Source: Chlorokybus atmophyticus (Eukaryota; Plantae; Mesostigma and Chlorokybus algae). From it: a stretch of 64,000 nucleotides of DNA. The DNA lies in contig RHPI01002262.1 in the NCBI GenBank assembly GCA_009103225.1, positions 785,213-849,212 on the forward strand, read 5' to 3'. The stretch's first letter is position 1. Every line of letters begins with the position of its first letter. Shown here piece after piece: positions 1-10,291 of this stretch. Made by a program: the position numbers and the translations under genes. The notes under the pieces were generated by a model. That model was not told the origin of the DNA. It did not search any database and worked only from the letters and a program-made list of their open reading frames with translations.

Positions 1-35
1 GAGCAATCTCTGTAGTTAATGCGCACAGCGCGGCA

Positions 36-1694
36 GTGGTCACTGGCATAGGAGTGGTTGAGCAGGAAAAACGTTTGCGACTCATTATGGACCTGAGGTA
101 TATCAACCTCTTTTTGCGCCACATTCCCTTCAACTATGAGAGGTTGCGCGATATATTGCTGTACACAAAGCGCCACTTTTGGCAAGTAACAGCGGACTTG
201 AAGTCGGGTTATCATCATGTGCCCATTCATGAGGACAGCAAGCCTTACTTGGCTTTGCGATTTGCTGGAGTCACATACAGGTGGAATGTGCTGCCATTTG
301 GCCTGAGTCAAGCATGCTGGCTGTTTACGAACTTGATGTCCACTATCTTCACGCCTTTACGGGCTATGAGCTTTCCATGCCTTTCCTATATTGATGACAT
401 GCACTTCAGCCATTCCAATCGTTGGCATTTGTGCTGGCGCATTCGCCGCGTACTGCGTCTGTTTAAGGTGCTTGGAATATATATTTCTGTGAAGAAAAGC
501 CAGTTGTGGCCGGAGCAGGTGGTACAGATGTTGGGTCTGCTGGTGGACACTGTGGCAGGCTCTTTTGCTATTCCTGCAAGCAAGCTGACCAAGCTATTGC
601 AGCTGATGAAGGAGTTAGCAGAAGCTCCTATATTGACCAAGCGTCATCTGGCACGCATTGCTGGCAAATTGATTGCGCTAAGACTAGCTTTTGCACCTGC
701 AAGCATTTATGCTCGCCAGCTGATGCGTTTAGCGTTGGTTGCTGATGCATGGGACGATACTGTGAGTGATACGAACGCCTTCAGACACTTCTATGAGTGG
801 ACTGCGGCTGGCTTGCAGACTTACAATGGCAACGCTTGGTGGAAGCCCCCCGTACTGCTTGAGCTGCACGTGGATGCTTCGGGTACCATTGGTTGGGGGG
901 CGACAGGTCCTTGGCCTCGCATGGCAGGCAACTTTCAGCCTGAGCATATGTCGCTGCCTTCGGCCATCAAAGAGGCACTCGCTTATGTCCAAGCATTTAC
1001 TGAAGTAGCACGCACGCACGATCTTCAGCACTGTACAGTGCGCATTATTGGCGATTGTCAACCAGCGATTCAAATGCTCAACAAGCTGTCTGCTTCTGAG
1101 CCTCATATCCTACAAGCTTTACATCAATTGTGGTCTTTGTGCTGGGAGCGTGATATTGCGCTGACATGTGTGTGGCGCTCACGTGATGAGCTGCGTGATG
1201 CGGATGCATTATCTAAATTTACTGACAGAGGAGATTGGGCCCTGACCGCAGACGCAACCGCGCTTGTACAACAACGTGTTGGACACCCAATTTTGGATTG
1301 TTTTGCAGCTGATTGGAACAGCAAAGCACCTGCTTATTTGAGTTACATACACATGCCTGGAAGTTTGGGCAATGCTCTTACTACAAACTGGCGCGATGTT
1401 CTTCAACGCTTAGGGGGCGGCTTTGTTTGGTGTCACCCGCCATTGGCCCTCCTGCATGAAGCCATAGCATTATTGCAATATTACCAGCTGCCAGCTGTGG
1501 TGTTGGTGCCTGAATGGCACTCTGCTGTGTGGTGGCCAGTGTTCCGCAACTGGCAATTCACTTATTATGAGAGATTAGGCCCACGGCCCGAATGGTTTGA
1601 ACGTGGTGCTCGAGTACCCGAAAACAGCATCAACCCTGGACGCTACCCATACATTTGTGCTTTTGTGCATTGGGTAAGCGCACCTTTCGTGTAG
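36..1694 (+). CDS. DIRS-type retrotransposon pol ORF: reverse transcriptase + RNase H + C-terminal DNA N6-adenine methyltransferase-like domain (5' end probably outside the window)
   Basis: Uninterrupted 552-codon frame. RT motifs DLRYIN, DLKSGYHH, LPFGL, YIDD. RNase H motifs LHVDAS, KEALA, IIGDCQ, RDADALSK. MT-like motifs LDCFA...WCHPP...VLVPEW, as in DIRS elements. Confidence 0.93.
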   Translation: MVTGIGVVEQEKRLRLIMDLRYINLFLRHIPFNYERLRDILLYTKRHFWQVTADLKSGYHHVPIHEDSKPYLALRFAGVTYRWNVLPFGLSQACWLFTNLMSTIFTPLRAMSFPCLSYIDDMHFSHSNRWHLCWRIRRVLRLFKVLGIYISVKKSQLWPEQVVQMLGLLVDTVAGSFAIPASKLTKLLQLMKELAEAPILTKRHLARIAGKLIALRLAFAPASIYARQLMRLALVADAWDDTVSDTNAFRHFYEWTAAGLQTYNGNAWWKPPVLLELHVDASGTIGWGATGPWPRMAGNFQPEHMSLPSAIKEALAYVQAFTEVARTHDLQHCTVRIIGDCQPAIQMLNKLSASEPHILQALHQLWSLCWERDIALTCVWRSRDELRDADALSKFTDRGDWALTADATALVQQRVGHPILDCFAADWNSKAPAYLSYIHMPGSLGNALTTNWRDVLQRLGGGFVWCHPPLALLHEAIALLQYYQLPAVVLVPEWHSAVWWPVFRNWQFTYYERLGPRPEWFERGARVPENSINPGRYPYICAFVHWVSAPFV

Positions 1695-2813
1695 GTAACG
1701 GTGCATGATAACAGAACTTCTCCATGTGCCTTGAGCTTGTATTTCTTCCAGAGTAACGCCACAGCGGAAGGCGCTCTGAGCGGCACCACGTCTGAAAGAG
1801 TGCAACCCCAGGTGCGGCCTATATATGCCACATGCCTTGCAGCAGCGCGCAATTGCATGGTATGCACAGTTACCAGACATGCTATGTTCTTCCCACTTCA
1901 ACCTATTCTTCGCAACAGGCCGAAATAGAGGACCAGCGGTGATGGCAAAGCAGCTCCCGCGACAGTAGGTCAAATAGGCATAGAGCACTTCAGAGAACTC
2001 CACAGGCAAACCACTGCTGCGCACTGGTATAGTGGGTGCACCTCCAGTGCTGTAATTCTTGAGATGTGTTACAGTGGCCGTCAACCCAGAACCTGCCGCT
2101 TGTATCTCGTGCATCTGTAAACGCGCACCTTCACCACCCCGTTGCCATGTGCACCATAGGTATAGGCAAAGTGCATAGTCGCGCCAGAGCACAGCCTTAT
2201 CATGTGTGACTGTCAGTTGCTGAGGTATGGTAAACAGCTGGTGTTGGAAGTATGCGATAAGCGTTCGCATGTCATCAATTGCCAATGGCACAGCAGGAAT
2301 AGGTTGAACTCCTTGCCGAGCAGCAATCTTTGCATATCCTTGACGGAACTCGCGCACGTCTATGGACAGAAGCGGGTTCCCTGTGGATGTGTCGCTGTCC
2401 CATGGGCTGATGCGCCCTAGAAGTCTGAAGGAGCATGTGAGATGTGAGATCACATTGTCTAGTGTGGTGCTGGCGATCATGCGATGACCATGGCGGTCGA
2501 GCCTGCGAGCTTTGCCGATGTGTGTGTCGGTCCAGTGCCCAGCAAGGTAGCTTGTGACAATAGCTGGGGTGACGTTGGCGACGGCAATGTTGAGCTCAGG
2601 ATGTTGCAGGTAGTTGGCAAACTCTTGCCAGACGCGATCGCGTTGGTCGCGAGTGCCATCAGATACAGCTTCACGACTGATGCGCTCTACTTCCAAAAGC
2701 GCTGCTGCTGCTCGCTCTCGCAGATTACACCCCATTACTTGCTGTGGACGCACAGTCGCGCGTGCGGTGCGTTGTGCATCAGCGGTATGTTGCAAGCGCT
2801 GTGCGAAGTCCAT
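1575..2813 (-). CDS. Tyrosine recombinase (integrase) of the DIRS element, antisense to pol
   Basis: Open frame with catalytic residues R (WQRGGE), K (HLKNY), HxxR (HSFRRG), W (GTWRS) and Y (HRYL). Likely ATG at 2813, directly after a cag acceptor. The ORF track extends the frame to 2924 from a non-ATG start. Confidence 0.92.
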   Translation of the reverse strand: MDFAQRLQHTADAQRTARATVRPQQVMGCNLRERAAAALLEVERISREAVSDGTRDQRDRVWQEFANYLQHPELNIAVANVTPAIVTSYLAGHWTDTHIGKARRLDRHGHRMIASTTLDNVISHLTCSFRLLGRISPWDSDTSTGNPLLSIDVREFRQGYAKIAARQGVQPIPAVPLAIDDMRTLIAYFQHQLFTIPQQLTVTHDKAVLWRDYALCLYLWCTWQRGGEGARLQMHEIQAAGSGLTATVTHLKNYSTGGAPTIPVRSSGLPVEFSEVLYAYLTYCRGSCFAITAGPLFRPVAKNRLKWEEHSMSGNCAYHAIARCCKACGIYRPHLGLHSFRRGAAQSAFRCGVTLEEIQAQGTWRSSVIMHRYLHERCAYPMHKSTNVWVASRVDAVFGYSSTTFKPFGPWA

Positions 2814-2990
2814 CTGCACAACGATCACACACATTGTCAGACGACTGCGCGCAGCACTCTGCGCAAGGATCAAACACTGTGTCAGGCAACCAAACAAAAC
2901 TATCTTGATTTGCAACTTTGGCAATACAAATACACCAGGCTCTACACCTACAACTCGTCCCTACTGATATATGCTTGGGAGGGGGAGGTA

Positions 2991-3664
2991 GAATGTTCAA
3001 TGCATTCGCAGTTGTTCATCGTGTAAATCATACTTATAACGATGAACGCGTATGATCGTAGGGCTTAGGTGTTCTTGCCAAAGTTGGACTGTAGGTAGGA
3101 TAATTGTTTGAAACAAAAGGAATGTAAATCGTCCATCGTGTGCAAAGTAGTATAATGGGCATTACTCGTCGGCTTCAACCATTGGCCGGCGAGTTTTCGT
3201 TTAACAAATTAATAAGTAAGTGATTAATACGTATAGTTTAAGTTAGGGTTTGCCTCTGTTGCTTGACACACACGTGTCAAGCAACAGAGCAGTTGAGGCC
3301 GTCACCTCAGCGGCGGCGTTGTTGGCGACGCTGCTGGCGACGGCGAAAATTCGCCCTTCCCGCCCCACCCTGATGCGCCGCCGCGCTTCACAAGAACTAT
3401 GCGCCTCGTCTCGATTGCGCTTTCAAGTTCATGCTCATGCTCAGGAACGAGATAAGTGGATCGTGATTTTAAATGCATTCGTCTCGGTTGAATAGGATCC
3501 GGGTTGCGTCAACGGCGTGCTGCTGACCGTGCGATTACGTTGTTACATCGACGGCATTTCGCTTCATTGCTAGCCACCGTCGGTACATCCCGAATGTTCA
3601 ATGCATTCGCAGTTGTTCATCGTGTAAATCATACTTATAACGATGAACGCGTATGATCGTAGGG
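2991..3664 (+). repeat. 73-bp perfect direct repeat, copies 2991-3063 and 3592-3664
   Basis: gaatgttcaatgcattcgc...gtatgatcgtaggg is identical at both positions and contains a gttcatcgt/acgatgaac stem. Confidence 0.95.
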
Positions 3665-3860
3665 AATTTTCGCCGTCGCCAGCAGCGTCGCCAACAACGC
3701 CGCCGCTGAGGTGACGGCCTCAACTGCTCTGTTGCTTGACACGTGTGTGTCAAGCAACAGAGGCAAACCCTAACTTAAACTATACGTATTAATCACTTAC
3801 TTATTAATTTGTTAAACGAAAACTCGCCGGCCAATGGTTGAAGCCGACGAGTAATGCCCA
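3156..3860. repeat. 197-bp inverted repeat, arms 3156-3352 and 3664-3860
   Basis: tgggcattactcgtc...cggcgaaaattc is the reverse complement of gaattttcgccg...gacgagtaatgccca. Each arm holds a 16-bp-stem hairpin (3254-3289 in the left arm) and a telo-box. Confidence 0.95.
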
Positions 3861-4295
3861 GTACGCGGAGAAAATGTACGGTACCCTCCCAAGCCAGCAG
3901 AAGGCCCCAGTCGTGATACCTTGGTGGTGGTGGGTATCTTTAGCACACATACGGCAACGCCCACTTGCCGCCAATAAGCTAACGCCCAATTAACTAACGT
4001 CAGCTCTCAGCTCACTGGCAGCTGGAAGCTGCATGTTAGCACACAGTCAAGATAACAGAAACTAACGTTTGTCACAGCAGCATGAGTGCATGCAAGGAGA
4101 TGCCGCCTCGGCCGCCGCCGCCGCCGCTGGCGGCTGCCATCATGATGCACGTGCCCCTACATGCGCATGCATGTGGCCTAGAGGCATCCTGCAAGATGCC
4201 TTGGGCTTACCACCCAAGGTGTAAGTCACAACCTGAGACCAACACAGCAGCCTTATCTCAGTGTGTGCCCCGTCCATCTCTCCACTGCCGCCGCC

Positions 4296-6598
4296 ATGGC
4301 TCAGGCTATCATACAACTCCTGCTGGTGGTCCTGGCCCTCATCGCCCCCGCTTCTGCCCACAACATTGTGTGCGAGTCTGCCCAAAAGCCAAAGACCACC
4401 GCTGGTGTGCATGGCTGTCACATACCTCGTTCTGAAGTGTTTGTAATCAACGTGTATCCCCTCACGTATTGCATGTGTGTGGCAGATTTGTTCAAGTATG
4501 TGCAGGCGGACCCATGCACCCTTGGTCCCAACTACTGGTGCACAGCCCCCAACGTGAGTTGCAGTTGTATCTGCTGAATAAGAAACAACCAACCAACAGT
4601 TGCAACAACAAGGCCTCATTGTCACCTCACTCATGTAGGGTCTGAACCAATGCCAGTCGGCCGGCAACGTCATTGGTGTGTGCGGATACAGCAGCGGAAA
4701 ATGCCCAGTCACCACGCAGGTGAGAAGCAGATTCCCTTCACATATTGTGTCACATCCTGTCTTGGCAGCTGGCACCTAATGCTTCAACAACACATGTGAA
4801 TGTCTTGCTTGTATCAGGAGGAGTTCTGCTCGAACCCGAGCTACCAGCCGCTGGCATTCAATGGCGGTATTGTCGGCGCCAACCAGGGTGAGTAAAGCAG
4901 CCATGTGTATCTCGCATGCACATACACACTTGCATGGAGAGGTGCTATAAGCCTGCTTTATTGATTGTTGTCATCTGTTCAGGCCTGTTCGGTTACTTTG
5001 CTTTCGCTCTCTATTGGGCGCCGACCTCGTGCCAGGCGGACAGCGGTGCTGGCGGCGGTTTCTGCAGGTGGGTGTGCATGTCTACTATAACTAGAAACAC
5101 CTGTAGTGACACTGTTGGCATGTGTAAGTAACACAACTTTCTCTCCACAGTGACTTCACCATCTCTGGCTCCCACGCCGCCAGCAACCTGGTCCTGCACG
5201 GCCTATGGCCGGACTTTGGCAGCGTGTATGCGTCTGAGCCTGCCCCGCCCAACTTCCCTGGCGCATACCAGGGTGGGTGTTGTTGTAGTCGTTGTTGCGT
5301 GCCCGTAAGTGCTTGATTGCACGCGTCTGTGTGTGCGCGCGTGCGCGTGCGCGTGCGTGTGTGTTTGCGCGCGCGTGTGTGTATGTGATCGTGCACGCGT
5401 ATGCACACATGTGCATCTGTGCGTGTGATATGCATGCAACTCAGTCAATCTTTGCAGGTTGGTCTCAATACTGCAAGGCAGCTTACCCCGGCGCCCCCGA
5501 CTTCAGCCTCTGCCATGTCAACGCCGCCCCCGCCCTCTGCCCCTGGGTCAACGCCTCCTCACCCACCTTTTCGCAGTCCGACTACGAAACCTGCGTGCGC
5601 GCCGAAGGCATCAAGCAATGCCAGGTAAGCATCAAAACACAACTCTTCACATCAACAACGACACCTTGATGAAGATGATGATGATGGGGATGATGGGGAT
5701 GGTGATTATGGTATCTTGCAGGTTCCTGATGAGACTGTTGCTGCTCTCGGTGACAAGTTTGAGGTGTATGCGCCCGGTTACCTTGCTGCGAAGGGAGTTG
5801 GGTCTTCGTTCCTGGACCACGAGTTCTTCAAGCACGGCTCGTGCCTAGGCGGTTACCTCACCAGCAACACCACCGCATACTTCGAGACCGGTCTAGGTCT
5901 CACCAAGGTTCACACACGCAAGGGCTCCGGTGAGAATAGTGTGCATACATGTGCACATGCATGCACTGTGTGTGAGTGAGTACATATATACACACATGCC
6001 AACGAGTATGCACACATGTGCATGGGCGCCTGTATGCACGTGCATATGCGCACACACGCGTATATGTATATGTAACAGAAAATGCACGCGCGCTTTCAGG
6101 CGTACACTTGTCACCTAGATTCGCTGACTCTTTGTCGCTTGTGCAGTGGGTTACGAGCTCGTTCACAAGAATGCCGGTGGCAGCGTCCCTACCGCCAAGC
6201 TGGTTGCCGCCTTCAAGAACAGGGCCGTGCCCCGCTGCACACGCGACTGCAAGCTCAGTGAGGTGAGTGACTCAGTGAAGTTCAGTAGCCTTGCGCGTGT
6301 GCCAGCTGTATAACGCTAACACACGCACGCACATGTGCACACACATGTTTGGGCACATGCAAGTACACGCACGCATACGCATACACGAGCGCTCATGTAC
6401 GCACGCATGGGTACACACACACGCACACATCATGTGACTGACTCAGTCTCTTACACGCTATACGTGCACGTGCAGATCTGGTACTGCTATGGCCGCGACG
6501 CTGCTGGCTTCCCGACCAAGCCGGTCAGGTGTCCGGCTGGAACCCTCCTCAGCAACAGCTGCGGCAGCTGCCCAGACATCCTGCTGCCAACCTACTAA
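4296..6598 (+). CDS. Secreted T2-family ribonuclease (multi-exon) with an N-terminal Cys-rich SapA-like motif
   Basis: Signal peptide MAQAIIQLLLVVLALIAPASA. CAS-I LVLHGLWP and CAS-II FLDHEFFKHGSC. FALYWAPTSC motif. GT-AG introns. Stop taa at 6596-6598. Confidence 0.9.
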
Positions 6599-7984
6599 GC
6601 ATCCGATCATCCTGTTAGCTCCACACTGTGTGGTCTTGTCGAGCGTCTCTGATTATAGACTTGGCTCAATAGTTAACTTATTGATATGTCAGATGGACAA
6701 CCTTGTCAGCTCAATTACCGATGCTGCGGTTTTGGTCACTAAGAAACATACGACCAAGTTGTGTGAACGATTTGAATAACTGCCTGCCAAATGGTTCGGT
6801 CTCAGTGCGGCCGCTGCAAGCAGTCCTGGAAATGGTGACATGGTTGCTGGCGCTGGGACAGTGCATGAGTCTCGTATGCACAACACCTCACTGTCACACA
6901 CGCCTACGCTTGCAAGCATGCAAAGTTGTGCACATGTTTCTCTTATATATAAACCCAGAAACACGTGTACATGAACACATATATGGGAGAGTGAGTGCAA
7001 ACTGCGTGCTGTTCCAATGCATGCGTGTGATGAATGACACTATGCATGAGCAATGACGCAGCGCATTGTGTGTACATACCAGCATACCCCTTTTGTACAA
7101 TAGTTTTGGAGATTTACGTGTACACACGCAAACAGGTAATTGACATTTACTAATTGTGCCTGAACAGCACTTACATATCTTGTTGCTGGCAGCCATGCTG
7201 CCGCATGCCTGTGCATAACTGGCACAGCTTATCAGATATAAGCTGGACACCAGAAGCAGCTGACGTTGTGCCTAACACGCAGCAGCAGACCCACCAGCAC
7301 GCACAGCACCAAGAGAGCAGAGCATACAACTCAACGCAGCGCTGGCCTTTCTGCCACAAACACTGGTGGCTCCATTGCAGAACACAACATGTAACGCACA
7401 CTTTGCTCTGACAATGCAACGTGGCTGAGTCACAGTTCATGATGACTACACAGCTTTGTCCCAACTGACCCCTTTGATCAAACAGGTAAAGTCTACAGCA
7501 AAGGTCGCAATCCTCAGCTGACACACCCCAACATTGCATTCCACAACAAACAACTGCAAACGTCTCAACTCTAAGCTACATTGTCCTGAACAACTGGCAA
7601 CAAGCTTTCCGCGCAGCGTAACGGTCACAACGTTCGAAAACTTGACGCCATCACCGTTGTCGCCGTCATCGCCATCGTGGTTGGCATCCACCTCCAAAGC
7701 ATCCAGCACCGCCACCGTCAAACCACCATCACCAACGCCACCACCATCATCATCGCCATCTCCACAGCCATCAGCAGCGCAGCGTAGCTCAGCAGCAGCA
7801 CCGTCGTTGTGTGTGAGCACCGTTGCTGGTGTGGCTTGCAAGCTTGCGGCGGCGGCGGCGGCGGGGTTGGAGGAGAAGGAGGAGTTTGAGCTGAACATGG
7901 ATGTGGAGGCGGTGGTGAGTGAGCAAGCCTGCAAGCATCGTTTAGGCGTGAAGAAGCTGTGACCTCAGCTTAGCGGCCCAGCTC

Positions 7985-10252
7985 ATGGTGGACAGGGTGA
8001 AGCACTGGCTGCGTGGGATGGATGAGGAGGGCGGCGGCGGCGGTGGAGGCAGCAGCGGTAGCAGCAGCGCTGGTGGCGACGGCAAGAGCTCGTTGATTGT
8101 GAGCAGGAAACCCAAAATCGCTGCTCGGAAAAAGGTTACTAGCAAGATCAACCACCAGGATGGGCCGCACTCTCCACGTGAAGACCATCAAGGCTCAGCT
8201 GAGGAGGTGAGAAGCATGACCGGTGACGAATAGTTGGGAAGAATTTTATGCTCAAGTGGACTTGGCAACCTCTTTGGTTGTTTTGTCACTCTTTCACTTA
8301 ACTGATCAATTGATTGTGGTTGACTCAGTTCGACTTGCTGTTGTGGCACTTCCTTTGGTAGTTAACGTAGTCTTGAAGTGTGGTTAAACTATTGCTCTTG
8401 TGGTGCATGGGTTTTTCCGTTCTAGAACTTGAACACAGATGTACCTCATTTAACATTGTCATTCACAGCTACATTGTGCCGAATGCAGCATAACCGGTGA
8501 AGTGTTCACCGGTGTAAGTAGCCAACATGTGCTGCATGTTGCACTTGCTCAGCTTATACCCACAGTAGCATGCTTACATGCATTCGGAGGATGTGTGCGC
8601 AATCTACATGTCAAACCGCAACTGCGCAACTGCACAATGGGCGTGCGCCTTCATGGCCTAAAGGCAAGCCTGTGCATGGTGATACCGCAGGAATTGCAGA
8701 AGCTTCGCAAGAAGTATGCAGACAGCACGCGATCCCTCGCGCAGCAGGCGCGCGCGCTTAACGCCTTGCAAGCAGCTCTGGACGAGGAGCGAGGCATGAA
8801 TAACAACAACAATACGGCTCTCAAGGTGGTGTTGGTCATGTGACTTGCGCGCCTCGAGTGTTGGTGATGATTGCGCACGGCTTATGTCTGCTTGCATGCA
8901 GTTGGAAGGAGCTCCCGATAACCCCACAGAGAAGCTCAAGCATGATCGCATCAAGCGGCTGGTGCGAGCGCATGGAGAGGTGCGCTGTACTTGTAGTGTT
9001 CAATCATGTGTTAAGCCAGCAATGCGCGCGCACGCATGCACTTACTCACACATGCCTGCGCACATATGGACAAAACAGTCATCACATGCACCAATACATG
9101 CATGCACGTGTGCACGCATATGCGCGTACACATGCAAGGTATTTTCGCCACTATCGATTGGTATAAGTTTGTGGCTTCACTGCACAATGATTGAAGGCTG
9201 AGTGTGCTTTATAACCAGTCTGCCACTGGCAGGAGCTGCTGCGTGCACGGAGCGAGTCCAGCTGGCTGCAGCGCGCTCTTTCCGCTGCAGAGGAGCGCGC
9301 TCGTTTCTGCGAACGCCGCAGGTTGGATACATTTGCCTGCACACAATCGTCGTTGGTTGTGTTGCTGGCCCAATGACACGCTGCTTTATGTCCTTTGTGT
9401 GACATCAGTGCTGCAGTTGCTGCTGAGGCCACAGCTGCCATCAATGAGGTGCAAGTGGCCGCGTCGGCCCAACTGGCCAAAGCCAATGCTCAGTCGCGGG
9501 CCGCGTTGCAAGCAGCAGAGGCTGCTAAGGTGCTGCTTTGTATGTCCATGATTTGCAAGCCGTATCACCCCAATCACCTTTGCGAGCATGTGTAATGAGA
9601 ACCTTCCCTGGCAGGAGGTGATGGAGGCGGCTGTTGACGAGTGCAGGAAAGAACGAGACAGGGCTGACAAGCTGCAGCAGCTGGTGAGTGTCATCATTAC
9701 TTACACATTCGTTCCTTTGCCAACATGAACCTGAACGCGGCTTGATTGTTGTTTTGGCAGCCATGCAAGGTGTGTTGCATGCATGTTTGCATGCATACAT
9801 GCGTGCATGATGCGTGCGTGCATTTGGCGTGCGTGCCTGTGTGTTTGGTTTGTTGTTCAACTTGCTTGCCATTGGCTTTGGCAATTGCTTGGTTTTTATT
9901 ATCTCATCATATTCTTCAAGAATCAACCTTGACTTCCCCGCAGCACATCTATCTTGATTGTACACAATGGCGTAATACTCTCCTCGTGTTCAGCTCGAGG
10001 AGCAAATGGCGCTGTTGCGAGTGCTGAAGGGCGAGAACGAAGCGCAGTACGAGAGGGCGAACGCGGCCGCAGCAGAGCGCGATGCCTTTGCCAAACAGCT
10101 GCAAGAGTCGACGGCTGAACTTCACACTGTCAAGGCCACTGCAACATTGCAGGTAGGTCACTCACAAGTTGTAATGTTTCACGCCAGGATGCTGTGAGCA
10201 CACATACGAGACTTTGCATAGCACGTGCGCATGCCCGTGAGTGATAGCAACA

Positions 10253-10291
<39 letters not shown>

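Larger units (their letters stand above)
1..3860 (+). mobile_element. DIRS/PAT-like (kangaroo-type, inverted YR) tyrosine-recombinase retrotransposon, right portion with terminal repeats
   Basis: RT-RH-MT on + converges with YR on -, followed by direct and inverted repeats at 2991-3860. The exact right boundary (3664 or 3860) is uncertain. Confidence 0.85.

Noticed and set aside
2484-3026. 180-aa plus-strand ORF as a possible extra TE gene
   Set aside because: It is antisense to the YR ORF with no recognisable motifs.
7446-7962. Overlapping ORFs upstream of the coiled-coil gene
   Set aside because: They arise from CCA/TCA/GCG low-complexity promoter or 5' UTR sequence, with no domain evidence.
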